In this document: one piece after another, positions 1 through 13,839 of the stretch
How positions within the stretch are numbered: position 1 is the stretch's first letter
Layout: each line of letters opens with the position of its first letter
Assembly (NCBI GenBank): GCA_009103225.1
Contig: RHPI01000008.1
Location: 300,015 to 364,014, forward strand
Direction of reading: 5' to 3'
Source: Chlorokybus atmophyticus
Taxonomy: Eukaryota > Plantae > Mesostigma and Chlorokybus algae
Length of the DNA stretch: 64,000 nt
Made by a program: the position numbers and the translations under genes
Notes under the pieces: generated by a model
Databases searched by the model: none
What the model was told of the DNA's origin: nothing
What the model saw: the letters and a program-made list of their open reading frames with translations, nothing else

Positions 1-1402
1 GACGGCAACCAAGACTACACATGAGCAAACAATCAAGATCGCTTCCTGGGACGCCGCCTGGTCACCGCAACCGCCACTTGCAGCTGCTCACCATAGCTTG
101 CTCTTCCTCCATGCTTGCATGCACTGAGCTGGATTGGGGCTTGCGGAAGTGACCGGCAGCGAGAGACACTGTTTTGGCCGAGACACGACGCTACGTAGCT
201 TGCCTGAGAGTGGTGCAAGCTTCGGCCGCAATGTCAGCCACGCCTTTTCAATGTCCGGCAGACCTCTGGTTGCACAGTGCAACAGGTCGTGCACTCGCAA
301 CGACTACCGGTAGCAGCCTGGTAGCAGGCACTGTCATGTGCCAAACTCAAAGTGAGTTTGCATGCTGCCCATGTGCTGCCATGCCACAAAGTTTATGTGC
401 TACTCATTGTAAATAGCATAAACAATTTGAGCTGACATGTTCATTGACCATGTATAATGTTGTTACAAACAAACACATGGACTATAATGATATGTTTATA
501 AGTAGTAGTAGGTGTCTCATCAGCGTACCACCCGGATGAAAGCCCATATCCATCATCCAAAAGGGATTTTATACGCCCGCCGTGGGGTGGGGGGTGGGTC
601 AGATGTATCATGTAAATATCGACTTGCAATGTTGAAGCCTTCAACAATCGGTCATCCAGCACGTGTGTTATATGGTATAACACGTGTGGCTGATGACGCA
701 ATGCTACAATTGTTCGGGTTTAAGATTATGCGATGGCGTTTATACTATATGCACCCTACCACACTCACGTGCAAAAGGTACCGATGTGAATGTGGTTACC
801 ATCCCTTTCCATCAATATGCGAGATTGCGCAAAACAATATATGAAATTAAGATCTTAAACACAATTCATTAATAAAACATTGCGTAACTTTCAACACAAG
901 TGGTGTTTGTTAATTGTAGCGTACAAAATATTGCATGATTAGTATTACACCTTGTTATTGCCTGATCTGTGTATGTGCCAGCGTGTAGAGTGCATGCTGC
1001 GCTGATAGTTTGTTATTGATAACCCAAAGCAGCTAGGGTAGTATTGTGAGGGTGCACATGTGTCTGCAAGTGCCTTTGCAGGTGGTTACATGGCAATCGC
1101 ATCGTAGTTGCAACCAACCTGATGTCTTTTTGCGATGTCTCAAGTCCTAAGTTCAAGAGTTAGTATAGCGTTGCCTTGGCCCCACCTTTATTTCATTGTT
1201 GCTGTGTTGGTGCTTGCACAAAGCCTGCATGGTGGTGGTTTCTTTGACTTGAGTGTGCTGCTAGCAACTCCATTGTTGTTTATGGCACATGGCATTGCAC
1301 TTCATGCAGTTGCCTATCCTGGGCCGGGAGGGACCACTTGCAAAATTCCGTCCTTGGGGTTGCCTCACGCAAAGCTGGGAGGGACCACTTGCGCCGAAGC
1401 GA

Positions 1403-4400
1403 ATGCAGCGAATGCCGTCAATAGCGGCAATGGCGGCGGTAATGGCGGCGGGCGGCGCAGCGGCGCTTGCAGCATGCCAGCCACCCAGGCCACCTATGCT
1501 ATGCGGCAACAGGGGGGGTCGTGCAGGAAGCAGCAGCAGCAGCAGCCGAAGCTACCCCACCGCCTGCTGGAGAAGGAGCAAGCCGTGGGTGGGTCAGCTG
1601 CCGCCTGGCTGGCCCGCTGTGCGGCGCAGCAACAAGAGCAGGCGACACAGCACAAAGTGCACCGCCGCAGCTTCCACCGCCGCTGGCAGCTACACCGCGG
1701 CCGGCAGAGGTCCTCGTGAGCTGATCCTCATACCGCAAGGCTGGGTGGAGGTGTTCTGGGACTGGCTGGATGTCGCCGCCATGGCTGGTGCAATGCTTGG
1801 GTCGCTCATGGCGCTAATAACTCGCCAGGTAGAGTGTCATGTTAGGCAACCAGTGCGAACCGTGGCCATGACCACCTCGTCGTGGTGTTGGTTGTTTGCT
1901 TGGCTCTTCATGCAGGCATGCGGTTGGTGCGTTGAGCAAAAATTTGGCAAATCAAAGCATCAATTGAATCAGAAAGGCCGCGGGTTTGACCATCAATGTC
2001 GTGGCGTGTCATGTAACTGCGCATGCAGCGAGTTGTGCAGACAACTGCAGCAGCATTGGCAGATTTGCTGCTAACACACTGCATATTCTATCAGCCTTCA
2101 ACATTGCCTTGCTGTTGCCTGGTAGTCAATCTAGTCTGGCTGCATGGATGCGTGTTGACACTTTGAGTCTACTTAGCCGGAGCTTGCTATTGTTCCCCAC
2201 AGATTGCACTCGTGCAACATGTATATTGGTTGCACCATTGTGTGCAGCCAGTTTCTAACCTCAAGCCTTCCCCCTTCCCCATATTCCGCCAGCACACAAC
2301 CACGTCTCTCGCACCTGCCAACACATGTTACTGTGTGCTGGCCGTTGATGTTACCAATAAGAGTGCAGCAAAGGTGTTGGCTGGGACCTGCTCTGCAGGA
2401 GAACCTACCCAGTTAGATCACCTTGTTGGCAATGACACTAAACTACTTGCGTCTGAGGTCAACATGCCTTGTGTGCAGATTATTGGCGACGACATAATAA
2501 GGCATGGTGGATAGCATGTGCTTGTGCAACATGCATGCCGCGCACGTTTCTTTTTGCCTGAAATAACGAGAATATCGTTTGCCTGCAACAGGTAGCATAC
2601 ATGGCTGCACCGCTGGTGCTGTCGCTGGTAGTGTTGGTGTCAGCGCGTCGCAGAGCTTTGCAAGAATGGAGTCAACAAAGGGAACACGCTGTTGCAATGG
2701 CTGCACTTCGGTCGGAGGTGGCTGCTTTGCGCGGTAGTGGGACGCCCACTACTGACATTGTTCAATGGCAGGTGACGAGGTGCACTTGCAGAGTCAACAG
2801 CAACACATGGCTACTTTTACTCATGCGCAGCATTTGCTTGCATTTACCCGGGATGTCTGGCAGAGCGATGAGCAGTTGATGCGGCTGGAACAGTCTTCTG
2901 CCGCAGCAGAGCGAGGTGCACAGGCGGCTGCAGCAGCATCTAGTCAGATGCGAAATTCTCTCCAAGCACTCAATGATTCCTTGTCTCAGGTGTACATTTC
3001 TCACCATAGCATGAACGCATGACACACATTGAGCCGAGCATGCAGTAACATGTCTTTGTTGTTAGGTACAAACAGTCCTTGGAGAGCGCATAACCCGCAG
3101 CACTTCAGAATTGCAGCAAATGATGCGCAGCGAGCTTGAGGGAGCCATGACCTTGGAGCGGCGAACACTTGAACCTCTAGTTACCATCATCCCAAAGCTG
3201 GATAGTCAGATTGCTGAGGTGAGCCTGGTTGTTCTGTGTCCTTGCAACCTGTTGTACGTATCACTCGAAATTTCACCATCACACCTAACCTGGCAACGCG
3301 ATAGATACGCGCCATTGTGATGGGGCTTGATGAAGAGCGTGGGGATCAGGCGGGCTGGCTTGGTGCACATCTGCGAGCAGCGATGCGTGGTACAGAAACC
3401 ACAATTGCACAGGCGGTGCGTATCAGCATACACATCAATCCAGCAAGTCTTGTTTTGCAGCGCCAGAGCTCACCATATCACTTGTTATGCAGGTGGTTGA
3501 CGAGGTGCAGACAGCACTTGAGCCTGCCATAGGCATGACGCAGACAATCGAGCGGGTGCGGGGAGATATGTCCAGTAGTCTCAAGAGGCTGCAGGACGAG
3601 TTGCCTGAGATGATAGCATTTCATTTGAACAGCACGCTTGTTGATGACATGGTGGAGCGATTACAGGTACGATTTCAGGAGAACAACTGTGTGTAAACTT
3701 GATTGCTTACTGCCGGCATTGTTTGCAGCCCGCTCTTGCATCATCACAATCAGATGGTGTCGCGCGTGCGGCTGCCATGCTGGCAGCGCAGCTTGTGGAC
3801 TTGCAGAGGTTTATCCATCGCTCAGCCCAGCAAACAGAGTCGACGTTGTTGGAGGTGTGCTGCAGTTCCTCAGTTGCACATGCGACCCGTCATGGTGCGC
3901 CATGTCGCATATATTGCTTGTTGTCAACATCGTGTTTGCACAGGCAGTTGACAGACAAGCTGGGTTGCTGGAAGATGCTGCAGGCAGCGGGGTTTCGGTC
4001 TCAGACCCACGACTGTTTACTAGTTTAGCACAACAACTGTCCATGCTGGGCGCGTCCTTGACGAACTTGCAGTTGCAGCTGGATGCGAGAGCGGAGTCTG
4101 CACCTGTGACTGCAGACTCGCAAGTGCTCACAACCTTGACGCAGCAAGTGTCCATGCTGGATGCTTCTGTGAAGACTTTGCAGTCGCAGCTGGATCAGAG
4201 AGTGGAACCTGCCCTTGTTGCTGCAGCAGAACGGTTGGAAGAGCAAGCTGAGGCCCTTGCACGCGCCGTCCCCTCCACGCCGGCTGTCAGTGTTGCTGAT
4301 GGGCTGCTTACAGCAGTGCAGCAACTGTCGCAGCAACTTGAGAGTCTGCAATTGCAGCAATCTATGCAAGATGCACTGCCAGTCACATCCCAGCAGGTTG

Positions 4401-5722
4401 AGGTATCACCAATCATCAGCCCAGCAGAGCTGCTGAACGAGCCACGCCGAGACACGGAGGTTCCCATAGTGCTTCCAGCGATTGAGATGGACAACGAGCT
4501 TCAACGCATGTTGAAACGAGGCGCTGCACTGCTGTCAACTGGGCAAGCAGCAATGTCGTCTGCATCTTCGCTAAGTGTGGCAGATCGAGATCTGAGTGAA
4601 GCACTGCAACTATTCTCCCAAGCCTCCGAGAAGTTTCCAGACTCCGTCAAGGTTGGGTTGTTTGCTCACATGTTGTGTGGAGACTCTGGTAAACTGATGT
4701 TCGTGGATGCTTGTGCAGGCGTTGGGCCAGTGGGGCAACACTCTGCTCGCTATTGGTCAGCTGAAAGTTGCCCTCGTGGAGAAGCTGAAGCGGGCAAATT
4801 TGCCCCCGGATGAGGCAGAGACGGTCTTTGACGACATATTTGCGCTGCAATGTGAAGCCGAAGAAAACCTAGTGTTGGCAGGTAACACTAATGCTTGCCT
4901 GCAGTGATCTGAAATTGTTGGCGTTGTCAATCTCATGCATGTTGTATGGAATGAGGACTTCAAGTTCTGTGTCCAGGACGGAAATATCGCGCTGCTTTAG
5001 TTCTCGACTCCACAGATGCAAGACCATATTACAACTGGGGCTTGGCGCTATGCGTACGAGCAAAATTGGTGGATGCAGAGCGCACCCAGGTTTGTTCCCC
5101 ATGCAGTACACTGATGATGGTCAACAACTTGCGGTGTGCATGGGTTGATTGTCTAGAGATAGAATAGCTGTTTTAAACTCACTTTCGGGCTGCCGGTGAT
5201 ATTGTCAATGTCTTCGTCTTTGCATTGCACTGTGTATGCTTGCTTTGTTTGGATACGGTTGATTGATGCATTACAGCAGGATGCGGAGAAACTGTACAGC
5301 GCAGCCGAGGAGAAGTTCCAAGCTGCGCTCGCTGTCAACCCGAAAATGGTCAGCGGTAAGTGCACATTTATGTGCCATTGTAATGATCAGTTTCAGCAAG
5401 TGTAAGCACAAAGTGACCATCCTCGCTTGCAGCACACATCAACTGGGGCGTGACGTTGCGCGAACACGCTCGGTTATATACGGAAGGCACCGATAAGCGT
5501 GCGCAGCTGTTGGAGTTATGCGTGTTGCAGTTCCAAGCAGTGTTGGACATTGACCCCAACAATGAAGTAGCCGCAAATGGCCTGCTTCGCGCCAACCAGG
5601 AGCTGGAAGACTGCATGACTGCGCTTGCTGCAGTGGAGAAGAGGACGCTGACACGCTCCCCTCCCAGAGCTTCACCAGGGCAGTCATTACGCACAAGTCG
5701 ACCCAGCAGACGACGAGGTTGA
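1403..5722 (+). CDS. Multi-exon protein: probable plastid transit peptide, N-terminal transmembrane pair, long coiled coil, C-terminal TPR-like repeats
   Basis: Exons joined by GT-AG introns: Ala/Ser/Arg-rich N-terminus from ATG 1403; EVFWDWLDVAAMAGAMLGSLMALITRQ|VAYMAAPLVLSLVVLVSARRR (1741-1828, 2592-); Gln/Leu/Ala coiled-coil exons 2.8-4.6 kb; TPR-like helices ALGQWGNTLLAIG (4720-), GRKYRAALVLDSTDARPYYNWGLAL (4977-), AEKLYSAAEEKFQAAL, FQAVLDIDPNNEVAANGL; stop 5720-5722. Confidence 0.75.
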
Positions 5723-5959
5723 TGCGAGCAGTCTTACATTTTATGTACACATGTTGTGGCGAAGTAAAGTCGTGTGGCAAGGCGACAGAATGAGGAGCGC
5801 TCACTCACAGCATGGTCACAATAAGACTGCAATCAATGTCCTATCAACCATCGCCATGGCTCATTATGTGCCTGCCGCGCTCCCGTTGCTAGGTTTGTGA
5901 GATGATGCCCTTTGTGGCGGTGTGACGCGCATGTGGCTGGTGGACAATGATATATGCAT

Positions 5960-6960
5960 AGATCGGCCATACACACATATATATATATATATATATATAT
6001 NTACATATACATTTGTCTGTATATGTACATGTATATGTGTATAAAGGGTATGGTACGGTGGCAACATGCATGTTGTGCGGGCAATGTCAGTGACATGCAT
6101 GAAAAGTAACCATCGCCACTCACATAACAGTCACCATCGGGCTAGTGCTACCTACGCTATGCTAGTACTAGCCCGCCCCGTTAGACATATAGCAAGCACG
6201 CAGAGAACAGGACCTGCCCACAAGGGCTGCGGTTAGCAGTTGCTGGCTAGGACGGCAACGGCAGCAACAACAGCGACGCGGACTCCCACGCCCTCCTCCC
6301 TTCCTCCTCCCGCCACCGCCACCTTCCCAACCCTTGCTCAGCAATGGCAGCCGCTGTCGCCACTGCCGTACTTTAAGGTTTCGTCAGTTGCACGGTAGCA
6401 TGCACGATGCACAGTCACGCATGTCATGCATGTGCTGCAGCACTCCCTTGCTGCTGTCGCTGTGTGTGTACATGTATATGTGTGTGTTTATATACACTTA
6501 TATACATACACACACATATACATGTACATATACACATATATGTATATGTATTTGTATATATGTATGTATGTATATGTATATGTACATGTATATATGTATG
6601 TATACGTGGTGCTGCATCACAGATGCTGACGTATATGCGCACTTGATAGCTGCACATGCTACAGTCACATGCACATGCACAAAGCATTCACCATTATCAT
6701 CTCATTTACACCACCACATTTGCATGTGTATATATTCATACATATTCATATATATGTATGTATACACGCAATTATGTGCTTTGGTTTGTTGGCTTGAATC
6801 GTGGCACCATTGCGTGCTTGTTACCTATACTACGGAGACTACTTGTAGCAACTCTTGTGTTATATACACACATATTATTATATAGATGAGTATGTATGTA
6901 TGTATATACATATATATACATATGTATATACTTATATATACATATAGGTACATATAGATA
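5960..6960. repeat. (TA)n/(TATG)n/(CA)n microsatellite-rich low-complexity tract
   Basis: Degenerate AT/AC runs at 5970-6040, 6460-6600, 6720-6770 and 6860-6960; the ORFs here (YICIYV-type) are translation artefacts. Confidence 0.9.
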
Positions 6961-7729
6961 TGTCTGAAGACTTTATTCCGGTAGGGGCGTACACGCTAAC
7001 TACGTGCTTATCTAAGTGCGTGCAAGTGGGGTGAAGGGGTGGGTAGGGTAGGGCAGGGTAGCAGGACAAGGCAGCAATCACACCAACCAACATGTAGCAA
7101 CAAGTGCGGATGGTTAGACGAGGTAGGTCATCCAACAATAGCAACAACACCGTAACAGCAAAACAAGGCGAGGGGATGTGGAGCGAGTGGAGTGTACAAA
7201 AGCACGACGAGGGAATTGAATTGACTGCGTGCAACGCATGCCACACACAACACTATTATATGATGCTGGCAGCACCGCCAGCTTTACACGCCACACACCA
7301 ACACGATATGTATGTCCATTACACATAAGCACCTTCAACACGACCATCGGGCTCAACTATGCTTAACTACCACTACCCCACCCTGTTAGTCATGCATGCA
7401 TGCAATTGGTAGACACAATCACCTGCACAGCGGATGCGGTTAATGTGTGTTGCAAATATATGCATTTACTTGTATATAATATTTACATTACATGCACGGT
7501 TGGCTTCGTGCATGGCTTTTGTCGTATCTTACGTCGTGAGCATAATGTGCGTCCCTTGTTTATAACAGCACATTAATGTAATCGACTCATTGTTCGTGCT
7601 GGCAAGGATATTATAAATGAGCATTTGATAATAACATTGTTACACTACACCGGTTATGATTACAAGCGCCTATAATAGGCGTTTAAAATCTATTATAAGT
7701 GGTGCAGTGTAACGCACTGTTAGACTTGA

Positions 7730-7731
<2 letters not shown>

Positions 7732-7806
<75 letters not shown>

Positions 7807-8112
7807 NNNNNNNNNNNNNNNNNNNNNNNNNNNNNNNNNNNNNNNNNNNNNNNNNNNNNNNNNNNNNNNNNNNNNNNNNNNNNNNNNNNNNNNNNNNNNN
7901 NNNNNNNNNNNNNNNNNNNNNNNNNNNNNNNNNNNNNNNNNNNNNNNNNNNNNNNNNNNNNNNNNNNNNNNNNNNNNNNNNNNNNNNNNNNNNNNNNNNN
8001 NNNNNNNNNNNNNNNNNNNNNNNNNNNNNNNNNNNNNNNNNNNNNNNNNNNNNNNNNNNNNNNNNNNNNNNNNNNNNNNNNNNNNNNNNNNNNNNNNNNN
8101 NNNNNNNNNNNN
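7732..8112. repeat. (GA)n microsatellite, poly-G and assembly gap
   Basis: Perfect GA run 7732-7797, G run to 7806, N from 7807 to about 8112, then another G run. Confidence 0.95.
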
Positions 8113-8215
8113 NGGGGGGGGGGGGGGGGGGGGGGCATCGCCCACGACGTTGCGCTCCGAGGCTCGAAACCAGGAGAGCTGTAGCAACAACTAGCCAAGC
8201 AGCTCAGGCCTAGCT

Positions 8216-8877
8216 TGTGACGGTGCTCGTGCCTTGTCACCTGTGAGTTGGTCCAATCAACAACCCTCTCACCAAGACACGGTAATCACACCAGGACCTT
8301 GCCCCCTCTGCCAAGCACACACGCGCGCCCCGTCACTCGCGTACGCACGTGCATGCGCTCGAAGCTACACACCGACTTGTGTAGCTCCTTGGATCGTCAC
8401 ACAAGCAAGCACACACTAATGGACACACGCTAGCAACCCCTGCTAACCACCACCAAGCTTGCACACCAGAATCTAGGGAGCGAAAGGTTGTATTGCACAT
8501 TGTAGAATGTCGCTTTCATACCTACCAGTCTACACATGCTACTAGACGATTGCCGTGCTACACAAAATTAGATGCTAAGGTGTTATTGCAGAACCTTGTA
8601 GTATATTTCAAGACTTTTCTTACGCATCAAAGATCTCATGATTAGGTGCTTATATCGAGTTATACTACTTGGCGCCAGGCCCTTCAAAAATCTGGTCGAG
8701 CCCTTCTCGACTGGCCCTCCATTTTCTGGCACCTTCCGGACTGGTCCTGCGGCGCCGGTCGATATCCGCGGCAGACTCATAACTTGCCGATATCTGCCAC
8801 ACGTCATAAAAACGTGGTGCTTGATAAATGGGCCAAAAAAGGTCTTAAAATCATGAAACTTGGCCTCGACTGTTACA
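8216..8877 (-). repeat. 3' LTR of gypsy copy A
   Basis: Starts TGTGACGG and ends TGTTACA; direct repeat of 13840-14512; abuts the PPT. Confidence 0.95.
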
Positions 8878-11800
8878 CTCCTCCCCCCCTAGGTGAGCTT
8901 CGTCCTCGAAGCTTTGGATTCTTTAGTCGTCGTTGCAAATACTGTTGCAGGATATGTTGTGCATTTGCCAAGTGGTCTTTTGGTTCCCAAGTGGCTTCAT
9001 GCATCGGGTAGCCTTTCCACTTCACCAAATATTTGCGCACGTTGCGCACCATCTTCTCACCCAACATGTCCTCCACTTCGTATTAAATATGACCTTCCGT
9101 AGCCAACTCAAGCGGTGGACGCAATGGTGGCTCTCCTCGATATGATTTCAGCAGCGATATATAAAAGATAGGGTGGATGTGCATAGACTCGGGCAGTTGC
9201 AACTTGTACGCCACGTCCGAAACCACTTTGATCACTTGAAATGGCCCAAGCCAGCGCTCACTTAACTTGCGAACTTCAGCACGCACTTGTAAGTTCCTTG
9301 CAGAAAGCAATACTATGTCGCGTTCTCGAAATGTGACATGTCGGCGATACGGGTCTGTGTACTGTTTTTGCCTATTTTGTGCCATCAATAGCGCCTCTCT
9401 CGCTGCCTTGTTGATGTCCGCACACGTTGTAAGAAAATCGCTTATTGCTTCCATATCAGCTTCACTTCGTTGCGGTATTTACGCCGTCAGCGGTGTCAGC
9501 GGGTGTTGGCCGTAGTTCATGAGAAAGGGGGTGATACCCGTGCTTACATTGGTGTGGTTGTTAATGGCAAATTCCACCACTTCCAGCAACTTCGCCCAAT
9601 TGTCTTGCCGTGCATTCACGTAGTAGCGCAACATATCTTCAATCACACAATTGGCTCGCTCCGTTTGAGCATCAGTTTGCGGGTGGACAGTGGTGCTAAA
9701 CTTTAAGGTAGTACCCAGTGCACTATGCAGCGCCTCCCAAAACTTACTTGTGAAGCGGGGATCACGATCGCTCACAATGCTTCATGGTAGTCCGTGGGAA
9801 CGAAAGACGTGCTTCATAAACAAGCTTGCTGCCTCTGGTGCCGTGCAAGAATTGCCACACGGTGCCAACTTGGGCTTGAAGCCCCTTTTTGGCTGGTTTT
9901 GCCTACGAACACGAGTTTTGCGTCATACCCTTCTGTTGTCTTCAGCAGCCCTGGAATAAAGTCCATAATAATTTGCTCCCACTTGGACAATGGCACGAGA
10001 AGAGGTTGTAGCAACCCACCTGGCTTTTGGTTGCTTGCTTTCACCCTTTAACATGCGTCGCACAACGCCACATCTATAATAGTCGCGTACATCACGATGC
10101 ATCTCCCGCCAGTAAAAGCGTTGTTTCAAGCTTGCCAATGTCCTCTCCACTCCTTGGTGGCCAGCAATGGGTACGTCATGAGCTTCCTTTAACAGTTGAA
10201 CGCGTATATGTGCAACATTGGGGATGTACAAGCGGCCATGATGCCATAGTAGGCCGTCTTGCTTTGTCCAATGTCCACTGCTGTCCGTTGCTGTGCTCTC
10301 CATGTCCCGCAAAACTCTCCTACCTTTTGTGTCTTTGCAAAGCACTTGTCGGATCTGGTCGGCCCACTCCGGTTGCACTTGAGCGAGTGCTTCAATCGCA
10401 TTCAACCGGCTTAGCGCGTCGGCCACACTATTGGATGTACTCAGCTTGTACTTAATTCCAAAATTAAAAACTTGAAAGAACTCCAACCACCGCGCTTGTC
10501 TCCGGCTCTGATGTGGTTGTTTCCGTAAGTACCTCAATGGGGAATAGTCCGTCTCTAGAACGAACCTTTTGCCCTTAAGAAAGCATCGCCATTGTCGCGC
10601 CATCACTTGCGCCAATAGCTCCTTCTCGTGCACAGAGTAGTTCAGCTCTGCTCCTCTCAGTTTCTTACCAAAAAACGCTACAGGTTGAAGACCCATGCCT
10701 TGGTCTTGCTGTAACACAGCTCCCACATCTGTGTCGTATGCATCACAAGCTGAAATAAAGGGTTTGTCCATGTTGGGGTGAGCCAAGACGGGTGCCTTTG
10801 TCAACGCCTTCTTTAACGCAGCAAATGCATGCTCTTCCTTTGTGGACTAGCTTTAAGACTTCCCTTTCTTGAATAGGGTGGTCAAAGGGGCCGCAATGCG
10901 TGAAAATCCCATGATAAACTTGCGATAATACCCCGCAAGGCCCAAGAACGACATTACCTCCTTAACGTTAGTCGGGGCAAACCATTCGCGCACCACTTGC
11001 ACTTTGTTGAGGTCCGGCTTGATCCCTTCGTGTGACACAATGTGGCCCAGGTACTCCACCTCACGTAGCAGAAACTTGCACTTCTGTAGCTGAGCGTACA
11101 ACTTGTGCTCGCGTAAACGCTGCAACACGCGCCGTAGAAGACTCACATGCTCGTCCTTCGTCTTCGAGTACACTAGAACGTTGTCGAGGTACACGAGGAC
11201 TTCCTTACCCAGCAAGTCAGCAAAAACGATGTTCATCAACGTCTGAAGTGTCGCTGACGCGTTTGTAAGCCCAAACATCACCAACCACTCATAATATCCA
11301 TAGCGCGTGTTGAACGCTGTCTTCTCCACGTCCTCAGGTGCAATGCGGATCTGATAATAACCTCCAGCCAAATCAAGTGCGGTAAAGTACTGCGCACCTT
11401 GTAGCTGCTCCAGCAATTCGTCAATACGCGGATGTGGAAAGCAGTTCTTCTTTATGATGGTGTTGAGCGCTTGGTAGTCAATGCACATACGCAGGCTGTT
11501 GTTCTTCTTTCGCACGAACGATATTGGTGCACCATAAGGTGACTTACTTGGCCGGATGTAACCTTCCTAGAAGATCCGCTATCTGCTTCCGATAAGTTGT
11601 CACCTCCAACTTCGGAGGTGACAACTTATCTACAGGCCTGTAGGGTGGCTTGTGCACGCCCTCAATCAAAACCACACGGTGATCAACGCTTCGTGAGGGT
11701 GGCAGACCAGCTAGAAGTCCGTCCACCAAGATATCTTAGTAGATCCAAACAAGTTTGCACACTTCGGGGTCCATCGTGGCTGTCTCAGTGCAATCACTTA

Positions 11801-13745
11801 GCTTCGGTACTGACTTTAATGTGCTGTGACGCACCACGCACAACCATGCAACCTTCGCTTTTTGTGGGGCTAGCAGCCTTCTCAATGGCACATACGAAAC
11901 TTTAGCGATGCTAATCCCACCTGTTTGCGCGTGCCGTGCCTTTCCGGTGCTTGCATCCCCTTGCAGGTGCTCAACACACGTGCGCATACTTGCCTTATCA
12001 ATGTCCGACGCAGCTATGACAAAGCCCTTTTGCTTTCCTCGCAAGAGTAGTTTTCCACTTTGATGGAGCACGCGCGTAGACCTTGAATGGACTCTCTATC
12101 GTTTCCCTTGATGGTGAGCACACGCTTCCTCCAATTAGTAGATGGGTTATGTTGCCACAGCTATGGTAGTCCCAAAATTCCATCAAACCCGTTCCGTAGG
12201 GTGATGCAGCAAAAGCGCATGTTCTCCTTCAACTTCCCCATGTGAACACACAACTCCTTTGTTAAAACCGCAGCACAGGTACCTTCAGAGGTTGGTTCCC
12301 CATCAGCGAGCAGCAAAAGCGCATGTTCTCCTTCAACTTCCCCATGTGAACACACAACTCCTTGGTTAAAAAGGCAGCACAGGTACCTTCAGAGGTTGGT
12401 TCCCCATCAGCGAGTTTCTCTTCTTCTCCTCCTCGTAATGGTGAAAGCCAACCGTAGCGCCGTGCAACCTCCTCACTCATGAAGTTGCTGTTTGCTCCAC
12501 TATCAACCATAAGGTTGCACTCCCTCCATTGTCCTCGGTCATCGCAAATGCGTGCTAGAAGCCCAACGTACTTTGTTGCCTCCTCGCTTGCGTAACTTAC
12601 CATTATGGGCGTGTTCATAGCCACCTCCAATTGCTTCCTTGGTTGCAATGTCACAATCTTCATTTGTGCGTGAGTCTCCCCCTCATTCTCAGCAGTAGCC
12701 TCCTTACATACTGGGGGGAGTCGTTTCCCTGATCCTTCACGCCATCTTCCTCCATTGCGTTCATGTGTCGTGCGCGATACGTGTTGCCAGCTGATGCAGA
12801 CGTTTGCGTGCGCCGCTTCGAGCAATTGAACGCCAAATGTTCAATTGAACCGCACGTAACACTTGTGCACGCTGCTACCTGCCTCACCACGTCCACCGTG
12901 CTTCGCCACGCCGTTACGCGTGTTTACGGCACCCATCTCCATTGGTGATGGTCCAAATTAGCTCAACCTTCTTTTGCAAGTTGTAAACTTGGTTCCCTTC
13001 GTGTCCATGCATGTTGAAAGCTTCCCCTAGGCTGATCATCAAGCTCTTGCTTGCTCCCACGCCTCCATTCAGCGTTTGTCGCAATAGACTTGAAGTACAA
13101 CGCGTCGAGACGCTCCGCGATGCGTATAGCTTCGCTAAAGTTTAGGGTGCCGTAGCTCCACTTCTTTGCATCCCAAAGGTTTCAAACCACGTGTGTACCT
13201 GTCCAACTGCTCTTCTCGGTCATGTTGGGTATGGACATCACCAATTGCTGAAACGTAGCCGTGTACACCGTCACCGACCCCTTTTGCACAAGGGCTGCAA
13301 TTTTATCGCGTGCGGCCTTCACACTCTCCACGGGAACAAACTGATGCGTGATATCGAGAGCCAACTCTTCCATGGTGGTCAGTGGTAGCGCCAACCCACT
13401 TGTAACACGCGTACAACGATGTCTCCACCATACAAGTGCTGCACCTTCAAGCAATGTTGCTGCAACCTTCACGTGCAGATGCGTGGGCACCTCCGTGAGC
13501 TTCAACCTAGACAATACTTGAAAAATCCATTCGTTTACTGCATCTCCATCACGTTGACCCTTTAATGGCTTTGGCTTTGGAACCTTCACATGCACGCGCG
13601 AGCTTGATGCCATGGGAACTTGCACACGCGCCATTGCATGCTCATACGCCTCGCTTTGTGCTTGTGCCGCCGCTTGAGTGTGATGAAGCTCTTCCCGCAA
13701 TGCTAAGATGGCAGCTTGAAGCTCTTCCATGCGAGCATCCTCCAT
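8873..13745 (-). pseudogene. gag-pol of copy A, frameshifted with stops
   Basis: Gag MEDARMEEL...VKVPKPKP; protease LMVDSGANSNF; RT CIDYQALN, LDLAGGYYQIRI, YLDNVLVY; RNase H ACDAYDTDVGAVL; integrase [22 protein letters not shown]; chromodomain LGEKMVRNVRKYLVKWKGYPMHEATWEP. Confidence 0.95.
8878..8890 (-). promoter_or_regulatory. Polypurine tract of copy A
   Basis: Minus strand AGGGGGGGAGGAG directly before the 3' LTR; same as 30732-30744 in copy B. Confidence 0.9.
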
Positions 13746-13825
13746 CTGCACTAACACACTACACTCCGCTTCCAAATGCAAAGTGTAAACGCCCACACAC
13801 TTCCTCTCTCACCTTCGTAAACCGT

Positions 13826-13837
13826 GCTCCGATACCA
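13826..13837 (-). promoter_or_regulatory. Primer-binding site (tRNA-iMet type) of copy A
   Basis: Minus strand TGGTATCGGAGC two bases from the 5' LTR; one mismatch to the usual plant TGGTATCAGAGC. Confidence 0.85.
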
Positions 13838-13839
13838 GT

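Noticed and set aside
1-1100. Short ORFs at the window start
   Set aside because: No recognisable domain or consistent splice pattern.
1326-1392. 16-bp direct repeat GGGAGGGACCACTTGC upstream of the first gene
   Set aside because: Only two copies; a regulatory role cannot be supported and it is not CRISPR-like.
6334-6885. Long ORFs rich in Y/I/C/M/H/T (also 53486-53833 and 7683-8240)
   Set aside because: Translations of TA, CA and GA microsatellites and N gaps.
8583-8856. Similar ORFs recurring at 8.6, 14.3, 25.3, 25.8, 30.8 and 31.2 kb (LVEPFSTGPPFSG...)
   Set aside because: They recur only because they lie in the four LTR copies; no evidence of coding function.
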